DNA of 64,000 bases from Macrostomum lignano. Lineage: Eukaryota. The stretch is taken from positions 1 to 64,000 of the forward strand of contig NIVC01003939.1 in the NCBI GenBank assembly GCA_002269645.1, read 5' to 3'. This document shows, piece by piece, positions 11,535 to 21,742 of the stretch. Position 1 is the stretch's first letter. Every line of letters begins with the position of its first letter. Under the pieces are notes generated by a model. That model ran no database searches, had not been told where the DNA came from, and saw nothing but the letters and a program-made list of their open reading frames with translations. The translations under genes and the position numbers were made by a program.

Positions 11535-12877
11535 ACTACTAAGGACGCATTTATCCGGGCGTTTTGGAGGTGGGGTGGGTGTCAACCCTCCTCGCCTCTC
11601 ATTGGCTGGCGCCCCGATCACTAGGTGATCGATACGCGTATCGATATCGGCGCTCGGCGCGCGCGCGCCGCAGGCGCGTGGCGCCAAGCGCCGCAGGCGC
11701 ACCCTCCCGATATGTGCACCCTCCCGAGCCGCAGGCGACCCTCCAGAGCAGCAGGCGCCCATCCCGCAGGGGTACCCTCCCGATATGTATGCGCACCCTT
11801 CCGATATGTATGTCGCAGGCCCCCATGCTGCAGGCGCCCCATGCCGCAAGCACCCCGAGTGTACACTCTACCGAGCCGCAGGCACCCCGAGTGTACACTC
11901 TACCGAGCCGCAGGCACCCCGAGTGTACACTCTCGCGATATGTACACTCTACCACTCTCCCGATATGTAAGATATCTAGTCAGCGATATTAGGCTAGTGA
12001 AAACTACTTATAGTAGATGAAATTGCGTATATTTACATAAAAAGTAGATAAAACATATTGGTAGGTGTGAATAATGACGCATAATACATATTGGAGCATA
12101 TGAGCAGCAAAAACACACAATGTAGGTGCATGGGCAGAAATAGACAAAGCAGGTACTGTAGGCGCTACATAGGTGGAAATACACACAGTATAATGCAGGT
12201 GCATACATACACACAATGTAGGTGCAAATTGAGTATAATACAGGAAAATTACATAGCATATAATGTAGGCGCATTTTAAACGATACATTTTGCATATTAA
12301 CCCGCAGGCACAAAGTATATATCGGTCATAGGATAAAATACACACACTGGAAGTTAAGTATAATACAACATATGTATGCAAAATTAAGCATATAATGTAG
12401 GTGCAAAGTAAAATATCCAGCCCAGGATATTCGAGACACGCCCCCAGAGTCAGGGCCGGGGATCCCAATGTACAGTGCGGGCGGAGTAACATAGAGAAAT
12501 TCCAATTCCTCCCCAGGGCCGGGGGATCCTAGCGGAGTACAGTTCAGGTAGGAGCGTTCCTAGTCTGCAACCCATAGCTTCCAAATAGGGTACGAGGGGC
12601 CAATGTTTCGAGAGGGGATCCTCAGTACAGTGCGGTCAGAGAGGAGTAACATAGAGAAATTCCTCCCCAAGCCCCAAATAAGGTTTTTTCAAGGGGATCC
12701 CAAGTACAGTGAGGGCAGAGAGAAATTCCAATTCCTCCCCAAATGGGGGTTATCAAGGACCCCTCACATTGCACAGGGCGGGCAGAATAACAGACCGCAT
12801 ACAAATAGGGGTTTTAGCGGATCCCAAGTACAGTGCGCTCCCGGGTGTCAAATGATGCCCCAATGTACAGTGGAGGT
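11535..12877 (+). repeat. Left terminal inverted repeat (1,343 bp)
   Basis: Reverse complement of 19272-20627 apart from a 13-bp indel near the inner end and a few single-base differences; mirrored ORFs in the track agree. Confidence 0.95.
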
Positions 12878-13240
12878 AGAGTAACAGACCGCATACAAAG
12901 AGAATTCCAGTCAAACTTTACCGCAGCTCCCACCCCAAATGAGGGTTTTAGTGGATCCCCAGAGGGTAGCTCTCCAAGTTGAGGGATCCCCCCAGTGTGT
13001 TGCGAGGCCCAAGTACAGTGCATGCAGAGAGTAACAGAGTACAAAGAGAAATTCCCTTATCAGTCAAACTCGAGCGCGATCTTCAGCCAGGGCAGTCTCC
13101 TCCTCATCAGCGCTCTCGAAACATCTGTCAAAGTAAAAAATATTCAATGTAGACAGATTATATGTAATTTATATACGATTTATATGAAATTAAGCTTACC
13201 AAAAATCGGGTTCGCGCTGTACGGATGCGGCACGCCTCAA

Positions 13241-13738
13241 TTAGCAACCCTCGTCAAACAGATTTCCCCAAGGGTAGGGTTTGATGCTGTCAAGGCAGTC
13301 CTGCAGATTGTCCTCTGTCTTGACTCGCTTGGCTGGAGGGGGTGCCTCAGGTGCCGGCTTGAAGAGCTTGTCCAAACGGGCGGCAAACATCCTGCGCCAC
13401 AGTTCAGGCGTGAATTCGATCGTGTAGCGCCAATTAAACTTTGGGTCCTGATTGAGCCAATTGCGCAGCAAACGGATCCTCCCTCGCGAAGCTTCAACTG
13501 CCTTGAAATTGCCCAACAGGACCCGCTTGTTCACGTGAAGGCGGGCAGCAGCCTCCAGGTCAGGGCGCGCAGCTTCGAGCTTCTTCCACTCTGGCTCGCT
13601 CAAGTAGATTGCAGGGAAGCCGTCCTTCCACACTCCAGCCTCGTTGGTGTAGAGACGCCGAATTTCAATCAAGTTGTGTTCAGTTTCAAATGTGGGCTTC
13701 CGCGCCACAAAGTTTTCGTATAGAGAGATAGAAGACAT
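13241..13738 (-). CDS. Tandem PC4/Sub1-like ssDNA-binding protein (165 aa)
   Basis: IEIRRLYTNEAGVWKDGFPAIYLSEPEWKKL resembles the PC4 core (IDIREYW..EGEMKPGRKGISL.PEQW.QL); a weaker second repeat RIRLLRNW...YTIEFTPELWRRM follows; basic PPAKRVK NLS-like motif. Recognised by eye only. Confidence 0.65.
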   Translation of the reverse strand: MSSISLYENFVARKPTFETEHNLIEIRRLYTNEAGVWKDGFPAIYLSEPEWKKLEAARPDLEAAARLHVNKRVLLGNFKAVEASRGRIRLLRNWLNQDPKFNWRYTIEFTPELWRRMFAARLDKLFKPAPEAPPPAKRVKTEDNLQDCLDSIKPYPWGNLFDEGC

Positions 13739-13984
13739 GATTTAGCAGCAGCAGCAGCAGAGAGCTCTCTGACAGCCGTGCAGCGCCTTATATACCCCCG
13801 GATGGAGGGTGGGGTGGGTGGTGATTTTGGGGGTGATTTTTGATGATTTTGGTTGGTTTTTGGCGATTGACCAATAACAGGCGAGCTGAGCAGATTTTTT
13901 AGTATATATACAGACCCCCCAGAGCCAGGGTAGAGAGATAATCCTTCTCTCTCCGCTCGCTCTCTCACGCTCTCTGTTTGCAAA
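13739..13984. promoter_or_regulatory. Putative bidirectional promoter between the PC4-like and pPolB genes
   Basis: 246 bp between divergent ATGs; TATA-like CTTATATACC (near 13787, reads TATATAAG on minus), GTATATATAC (near 13902) and CCAAT (near 13872). Confidence 0.55.
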
Positions 13985-16900
13985 ATGGCTAAACGCAGCG
14001 CCAACGCAACTGCTTTTCTGGCTGACAAGAGGCAACGTCTTTATGGTAAGTTTTAATTAATTTCTGTCTAGACTGTAGTTGCTAGGGTGAGGGTAGGGGC
14101 TGAGCTGCTGCGACAGCTGCAGGGTCTGTGGGACCGCAGAGTAAACAACAAAGACTGCTGCGACAGCTGCGGGGGTCTAGACTGGAGTTGCTAGGGTGGG
14201 GTGCTGCGGCAGGGTCTGTAACAGAGAGTTGCAGGGGAGGGCTAGACAAGTTACAGCCGGGTGTGTGCTGATAAGAAATTGCTGCTAGGGGGGTGTTGTC
14301 CAGACAGGCTGCAGCTGGGGTGCAAATTGCTGCGACAGAGAGTTGCAGGGGTGAGTAAACAAAGACTGGGGTGGGGTGTTGTCTAGACAGGGAGGGGTGT
14401 GCTGATAAGAAATTGCTGCAAAAACAGACAGTTGCTAGGGTGCTGCGGCAGATAAGAAATTGCTGCAGAATCGTTGGGGCAGGCTAGACAAGTTACAGCC
14501 AGGTGGGGGCAGAGAGTTGCTGGGACAGACTGGGGCTGCAGATAGGGCGCTACCCAGACAGGCTGCAGCTGGGGTGCAAATTGCTGCGACAGAGAGTTGC
14601 AGAGTAAACAACAAAGACTGCTGCGACAGGCTGCAGCGGGGGTACAGATAAGAAATTGCAGAGAGTTGCTGCGGGGACAGCAGAGTAAACTCTGTTAAGA
14701 AATTGCTGGGGCTAGGGCGGGGAAACACGCTGGGGCCAGGAAAATGACAGATTCTTCTGGTTTTTTATCTCCTTGTGTTTTTTCAGACGCGTTTGTCCCG
14801 CCAACACAGCCGGAATCTGTTACCGGACCGGGTGAGTTATCCAGCCCCCCATTTCCCACACAGACCCTGGCTGACTCACACTCCCCCATTCCCCCATGCA
14901 GGTTTTACGGCCCGGCTGGATAATCAACGCGACCTGCCCAAGTTTAGGGCAAAGGGTGTCGAGTATGTGGTGCGTATTACCAACACCGAAGATTTGCGGG
15001 AGGTGTTTGCCGACATGCTCGAAGTTTTCAAGCAAGATTTGGCCGGCGAGGATTTCATGGCTGCGAAATTCGAGAGCGACAATATGCTCAAAGCAGCCCA
15101 TACTCCCCCGGTGCGTGCAGCCCGCATGACGGCTGAATTGTTGTTCAAGCACATTGACAAGATTGTGCAGTCGGATGCAACTGTATTGTCAGGCAACTTT
15201 TCTGTCCGTCTGCTAAAGGCCTGGGTGCCCCGAGGTGGCTGTGCCCTCGAGAACAAGCATCTAGAAGAGCGGCACGCCTTCTCCAAGCACTATGTCCGCA
15301 TCACCAACTCGGACAAGAGATGCCTGCTGCGCGCTCTGGTCGTGGCCTGCGCCTACCTGCAATTCGTGGCCAAGTCCATCACCGAGGATGTGTGGCGCAG
15401 GATCAAGGCCAATTCGCCCAAGCAGACTAAGCTGGTGGCTGAGCTACAAATCGAGGCAGGCCTCTACACGGTAAGTTTCTAGTATTTTTCTGATAAGAAT
15501 TTTTACGATAAGGAATACTAAAAGAATTTTTACGCAGTATCAGGGAATACTAAAAGATATATTTTCTGATAAGATTTTTACACAGTATCATGGAATACTA
15601 AAAGATATATTTTCTGATAAGATTTTTACACAGTATCATGGAATACTAAAAGATATATTTTCTGATAAGATTTTTACACAGTATCAGGGAATACTAAAAG
15701 AACCATACTCTGATAAGAAATTTTACGATAAGGAACACTAAAAGAAATATTTTACCCTCCACACAGACTCTTCAAACCGTCTCGCAGGCTGGTCCTTTCG
15801 GGGTGGATGCACTGCCCGAAGCGATCCGAGCCCTGAACCGGCTGCATCCGGGGCACGATTTTGGTGTACGCGTGTACCGCGCAGAGGAGGCCAACAGGTG
15901 CATCTTCAACCTGCCTGGCACCGAGATTCTGCACCTGCACCTGGTCGAGCAGCACTTTAATGTGGTTACCAAGCTGCCTGCGTTTTTCGGTGGCCGCCGC
16001 TACTGCCCCAAGTGCGAGATGGCCTATGATAGCGAACCCGCCAAGCACAAGTGCGCTGATGCCTGCAGTACATGCAAGACTCCGGGCTCCAACTGTAAGG
16101 CAAACCGCGCATATGTAAGATGCCATGATTGCGGGCTAAATTGCTATAATGCTCAGTGCCTAGAAAATCACAAGCGCAAGAATAAGGCCGGCAGATCGCG
16201 CTGTGATTCGGTCCACGTTTGCGGCACGTGTGGCTATCTAGAAGAACTAAAAGTAGGCCAGCCCCCTGAGCATCAGTGTGGTTATGCCAAGTGCCCAGTC
16301 TGCAAGCAGTACGACGAAACTGCCACCCACGAGTGCTTTGTCACCCCGCCAAACGCCAAAGAGTCTAGCGCCCCGTATGTTTACTATGATTTCGAGACGT
16401 ACGTGGACTCTGGCAAGCAGCACCGGGTACACTTGGTTACGGCTGCCACCTCCTGCGAGGCGTGTCCCAAACTCTTCCCCAGGCCCCGCTGCAGCGTGTG
16501 CGGGGGACTACACAGCTCAGCCAATTGCATTGCGGGACGCGATTTGGCACTCGATTTCACGAGCTGTGTCTCGCACAATGACTGTGCCTGTGGGATGCGA
16601 GAGTTTGTATCTGTCGGGCCGCACTCTATCGATGCCTTTTACTGCTGGCTGACTAGTGTGTTCAAGCAGGGGGCAATTGCTATTGCGCACAATGGCTCTG
16701 CGTATGACGCATTCCTCCTGCTCGGCGCCCTACTCAACGGACTGGCCAAGAAGAAGCCGCAAGTGATCTTCCAGAACAGCCGCCTAATGTATATGAAGTG
16801 CGACAAGATCACCTTCAAGGACAGCCTCAATTTCATCCCTATTGGTCTGGCGCAATTCCCAAAGGCGCTTGGTTTGGGCACCCAACTGACCAAAGGAGAT

Positions 16901-19143
16901 TTCCCGCACGTGTTTAACCAGCCTCAAAATTGGGGGTACGTCGGTCCCTACTGCTCAATTGATATGTACGGCGGGAAGAAGAATAAGCAGCATGACTCCA
17001 TCGCCGACTGGCTGGCCAAGCAGGAGGGACAGGTGTTTAATTTTAATAAGGCGTACCTGGACTATTGCCTGCAGGACACGTTAATTTTGCGGGAAGGCTG
17101 CCTGAAATATGCCCGCCTGATTAAGGACATTTGCGGACTGGACGCATTTGTTCAATCCAACACCATTGCGGGCTTGGCCATGTCGGTATTCACCACCAAG
17201 TTTATGGAGCCCAACACTCTTGGGGTGATTTCCCGCCGGTCCGATGTACAGTCGCACAAGGCGCGGTGCTGGCTGGCACATTTAAATGCAACCGAGTTTG
17301 GCGGCCGGTTGCGGACAGCCGATTCTGGCGGCGAGGCTTTCGCCATGGGCCGTAAGGTCGACGGCTTCGACCCAGAGACCAGGACAGTGCTGCAGTTTCA
17401 TGGCTGTTTCTACCATGGCTGTCCCAAGTGCTTCCCCAACGGCGACGTGCTGCACCCGCTCAAGAACCAGCCAATGCGAGCAATTTATGAGGAGACTGAG
17501 CGCTTCACCCGGCTGCTCTCCACTGCATACAATGTGCGTGTTCTGTGGGAGCACGACTATCAGGACGAGGGAGCGCCAGTCCAGCAGCCTATTCGCCTGG
17601 AGGATGCCCTGTTTGGCGGCCGTACCGAGGCTTTTGTCCCGCACGCCGAGGCCACCGAGACTGTAGAGCTGCGCTATCGGGATGTGGTAAGTTTGTACAC
17701 TTGTACACACACAGTTGACATGCGTTTGAGTTTATCTTATCCTTATCCCCTAGGTGTCGCTCTACCCGACTGTCAACAAGTTTGACAAGTACCCGGTCGG
17801 GCACCCGGTACACCACCCCGAGCCTCATCTACTGGATGAGCTGCAGCTGGCCCGGTATTTTGGCATCGCCGAGGTGTCGATTCTGCCGCCAACCAATCTC
17901 CACATCCCGCTACTGCCCGCCAAGATTAACAAGAAGTTGGTTTTCGGCCTCTGCCGCGTCTGCATGGAGACCCAGTGCAGCAGCGAGTGTACACACACTG
18001 ACGCTGAGAGAATGCTCCGCGGCACGTGGTCGACCCCAGAGCTCCACAAAGCCCTGCAGTTGGGTTACAAGCTGCAGTCAGTTCATGCCCTGGCCTATTG
18101 GACCGAGACTCGCACGGGCCTGTTTGCAGATTATGTAAACACTTTTTTGAAGCTCAAAGCAGAGTCTAGCGGTTCGCCGGGGATGGCTGAGGACGCCAAG
18201 GCTGCCTACATGGCCAGCTTTTTCGAACGCGAAGGCGTCCGGCTGGAAAAGGTGGAGGAGAATCCTGGCTTGCGCTTTGTTGCCAAGATTTTTCTAAACT
18301 CGTAAGTTTTTTCTACTTGCAGTGGGGACCGTGTTTTTCTACTTACAGTAGCCAGATATACAAAAATTTATTTTTCCCCTGCAGGCTCTGGGGCAAATTC
18401 TGCCAGCGCGACGACCTGACCTCCACAGAGATTGTGGACAGCTACGAGGCGTGGCTGCAGCGCCTGACCGACCCCTCGATCAAGGTCAAGTCGTGCGAGC
18501 CAATTGGGGAGAGCTTCATGATGCTCGAGTACAAGCCCCGATTTGGCGGTGCTGGCGAGCGGGCGTTCAAGTACGCTAATGTACCTATTGGCGTTTTCAC
18601 CACCTCCCACGCCCGGCTGCGACTCTACGAGGCTCTGGAGGGTCTAGGAACCCGCGTCATTTACGCCGATACTGATTCGTAAGTAATTTTTTCACTGTCT
18701 CTGTCTCTCTTTCTCCCCTTAACACTTTTTATCCTTCTCCTCCTCCCAGGGTCGTATACCGCTGCTCCCCGGGCGAGTACGAGCCTCCGGGCGGTTCGAG
18801 TTTGGGGCAGTGGACTGACGAGGTACCTGCTGGCTGCCGCATGGTACAGTTCACCACGGGAGGCCCCAAGCTCTACCGGTACGTGGTGGAGAAGCCCGAC
18901 GGGTCGCTGTACTCGGTGCTCAAGTGCAAGGGCATCAGAGTCACGCCCGAGATTTCCGAGCGCGAGGACGAGCTGCAGGAAATTCTGCGTCACGGCGGGA
19001 CTGTACGCCTGCCCCAGGCCCAGTTCAGGCGCGATAAGGCCAGTTGTACAATAAGGACCCTCGAGATGGACAAGACTTTCCAGCGCGTGATGACTAAGAG
19101 GGTGTATGGGGCCGCTAGCCGCCCGTATGGCTTTCGGGAGTGA
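13985..19143 (+). CDS. polB: Protein-primed family B DNA polymerase, 7 exons (13985-14045, 14787-14831, 14902-15470, 15788-17686, 17754-18301, 18385-18678, 18750-19143), 1269 aa
   Basis: All six introns are GT-AG and phase-compatible (3,810 coding nt including stop). ExoI YDFET, ExoII HNGSAYD, ExoIII YCLQD, FGGRTE, motif A DVVSLYP, motif B KIFLNSLWGKF, motif C YADTDS, GPKLY and KCKG are all intact after splicing. Confidence 0.92.
15485..15745. repeat. 48-bp AT-rich tandem repeat in pPolB intron 3
   Basis: ATTTTCTGATAAGATTTTTACACAGTATCATGGAATACTAAAAGATAT, about 5 copies. Confidence 0.85.
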
Positions 19144-19271
19144 GTGAAAGATAAGGATCTATCTTTTTTACGCCTGGGATTCCCCTATGTGCCCACTTGG
19201 GATCCCTTGACTCGTGGGGATGAAAATGGTTTTACGCCCGCACTGTACTTAGGGGTCCTTACTCATTTGGC

Positions 19272-20627
19272 ACCTCCACTGTACATTGGGGGGCGGGATT
19301 CCTTCATCATTTGACACCAGGGAGCGCACTGTACTTGGGATCCGCTAAAACCCCTATTTGTATGCGGTCTGTTATTCTGCCCGCCCTGTGCAATGTGAGG
19401 GGTCCTTGATAACCCCCATTTGGGGAGGAATTGGAATTTCTCTCTGCCCTCACTGTACTTGGGATCCCCTTGAAAAAACCTTATTTGGGGCTTGGGGAGG
19501 AATTTCTCTATGTTACTCCTCTCTGACCGCACTGTACTGAGGATCCCCTCTCGAAACATTGGCCCCTCGTACCCTATTTGGAAGCTATGGGTTGCAGACT
19601 AGGAACGCTCCTACCTGAACTGTACTCCGCTAGGATCCCCCGGCCCTGGGGAGGAATTGGAATTTCTCTATGTTACTCCGCCCGCACTGTACATTGGGAT
19701 CCCCCGGCCCTGACTCTGGGGCGTGTCTCGAATATCCTGGGCTGGATATTTTACTTTGCACCTACATTATATGCTTAATTTTGCATACATATGTTGTATT
19801 ATACTTAACTTCCAGTGTGTGTATTTTATCCTATGACCGATATATACTTTGTGCCTGCGGGTTAATATGCAAAATGTATCGTTTAAAATGCGCCTACATT
19901 ATATGCTATGTAATTTTCCTGTATTATACTCAATTTGCACCTACATTGTGTGTATGTATGCACCTGCATTATACTGTGTGTATTTCCACCTATGTAGCGC
20001 CTACAGTACCTGCTTTGTCTATTTCTGCCCATGCACCTACATTGTGTGTTTTTGCTGCTCATATGCTCCAATATGTATTATGCGTCATTATTCACACCTA
20101 CCAATATGTTTTATCTACTTTTTATGTAAATATACGCAATTTCATCTACTATAAGTAGTTTTCACTAGCCTAATATCGCTGACTAGATATCTTACATATC
20201 GGGAGAGTGGTAGAGTGTACATATCGCGAGAGTGTACACTCGGGGTGCCTGCGGCTCGGTAGAGTGTACACTCGGGGTGCCTGCGGCTCGGTAGAGTGTA
20301 CACTCGGGGTGCTTGCGGCATGGGGCGCCTGCAGCATGGGGGCCTGCGACATACATATCGGAAGGGTGCGCATACATATCGGGAGGGTACCCCTGCGGGA
20401 TGGGCGCCTGCTGCTCTGGAGGGTCGCCTGCGGCTCGGGAGGGTGCACATATCGGGAGGGTGCGCCTGCGGCGCTTGGCGCCACGCGCCTGCGGCGCGCG
20501 CGCGCCGAGCGCCGATATCGATACGCGTATCGATCACCTAGTGATCGGGGCGCCAGCCAATGAGAGGCGAGGAGGGTTGACACCCACCCCACCTCCAAAA
20601 CGCCCGGATAAATGCGTCCTTAGTAGT
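19272..20627 (-). repeat. Right terminal inverted repeat (1,356 bp)
   Basis: Mirror of 11535-12877 with 13 extra bp (AAGGAATCCCGCC on the minus strand). Confidence 0.95.
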
Positions 20628-20639
20628 GACAGACACTAT

Positions 20640-20678
<39 letters not shown>

Positions 20679-20752
20679 CCTATGACAAACAGACAGACAG
20701 ACAGACAGAGACAGACAGACAGACCCTATGACAAACAGACAGACAGACAGAC

Positions 20753-20795
<43 letters not shown>

Positions 20796-20890
20796 TACAG
20801 GCAGACAGACAGATAGACACAGGAACAACCAGACAGATAGATAGACAGATAGACAGACGGATACTGTGACAGTCAGGCAGACAGACAGAC
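20628..20890. repeat. (GACA)n microsatellite, right flank of the TIR element
   Basis: Resumes immediately after AGTAGT. Confidence 0.9.
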
Positions 20891-21742
20891 GAGTTCAACT
20901 AGAAGAAAACCTACACTAAACAGTGCTACAGCTCGTAATCATAGTAAAAAACTAATAAAAGTACATGATATGTAGACAAATGATTCACTTTTACTGTAAC
21001 TTAAAATAAGAAATAAGCAAAGCGAAACATGCTGCTGAAAATATAAGATGCGATTAAAAGAAAGATTCAAATAATTTATTGTCATTTATTTTAATGCAAC
21101 GCAAAACTTCTATAAAAATATGAACCGCTTTAAAAAATACATTCTAATTTTCTAATTTAAATTAGAAAAAGGAAAGATGTATGAGTCAAGACACGCCAAA
21201 ACTTGAAAATGATTTTATACTGTAAAAGTCATTATTAAGTAATGATTGTCCTGTATAAATATTTCACACAAATATTTCATTGGCTTGCACTGTAACTTAG
21301 CTGGAAAAAACTTCAGCCTTTGAATGTTGCCGAGTATACACATATAATATAGCACCCTATCCAATAAAAAGGTATAACAAATACCGTTTAAAAATATTAA
21401 AACAATAAAATAGCCGAGTTGAGCAGAAATTGAAAGCAGGCGCTGTGCGAATTAATCAATAAGTGGAACTTAATATTGCCTATGTACATAAGTAAAACAT
21501 CAAAAAAATGAGTAAACATCTATTTTTAATTAAATTGTCAAGTCAAGGCAAAGGCGATTGAATAATAAAAAACAAAGCTTTTAAATAATCAGCACAAAAC
21601 GCACTCTCTTACACACGCTCAGTTCAAAAGTTAGAAACAAAAAACACAGTACGAGCGTAGGTATGGCGCATGGCTCAAAACTAGTGAATTTCAATTAGTG
21701 GGGGTGGGCTGAGTGCATATAAGAAAGGAGCGCGTGAATAAG

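Larger units (their letters stand above)
11535..20627. mobile_element. Minimal Polinton/Maverick-related TIR element (9,093 bp) encoding only pPolB and a PC4-like protein
   Basis: TIRs 11535-12877 and 19272-20627; ends ACTACTAAGG...CCTTAGTAGT; GACAGA on both sides (11529-11534, 20628-20633); interior filled by two divergent genes. Confidence 0.9.

Noticed and set aside
11391-12884. ORFs inside the TIRs, mirrored at 19263-20816
   Set aside because: Low-complexity, overlapping in many frames, duplicated only because the TIR is duplicated; no recognisable motifs.
12995-13723. 242-aa plus-strand ORF
   Set aside because: Antisense shadow of the PC4-like gene, starting in iteron repeats; no motifs and no clear ATG context.
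11535-20627. Alternative identities: casposon, pipolin, Helitron, bacterial or phage contaminant, complete Polinton
   Set aside because: No Cas1, tyrosine recombinase or Rep/helicase gene; spliceosomal introns and continuous host microsatellite flanks argue against contamination; integrase, ATPase and capsid genes were not found.
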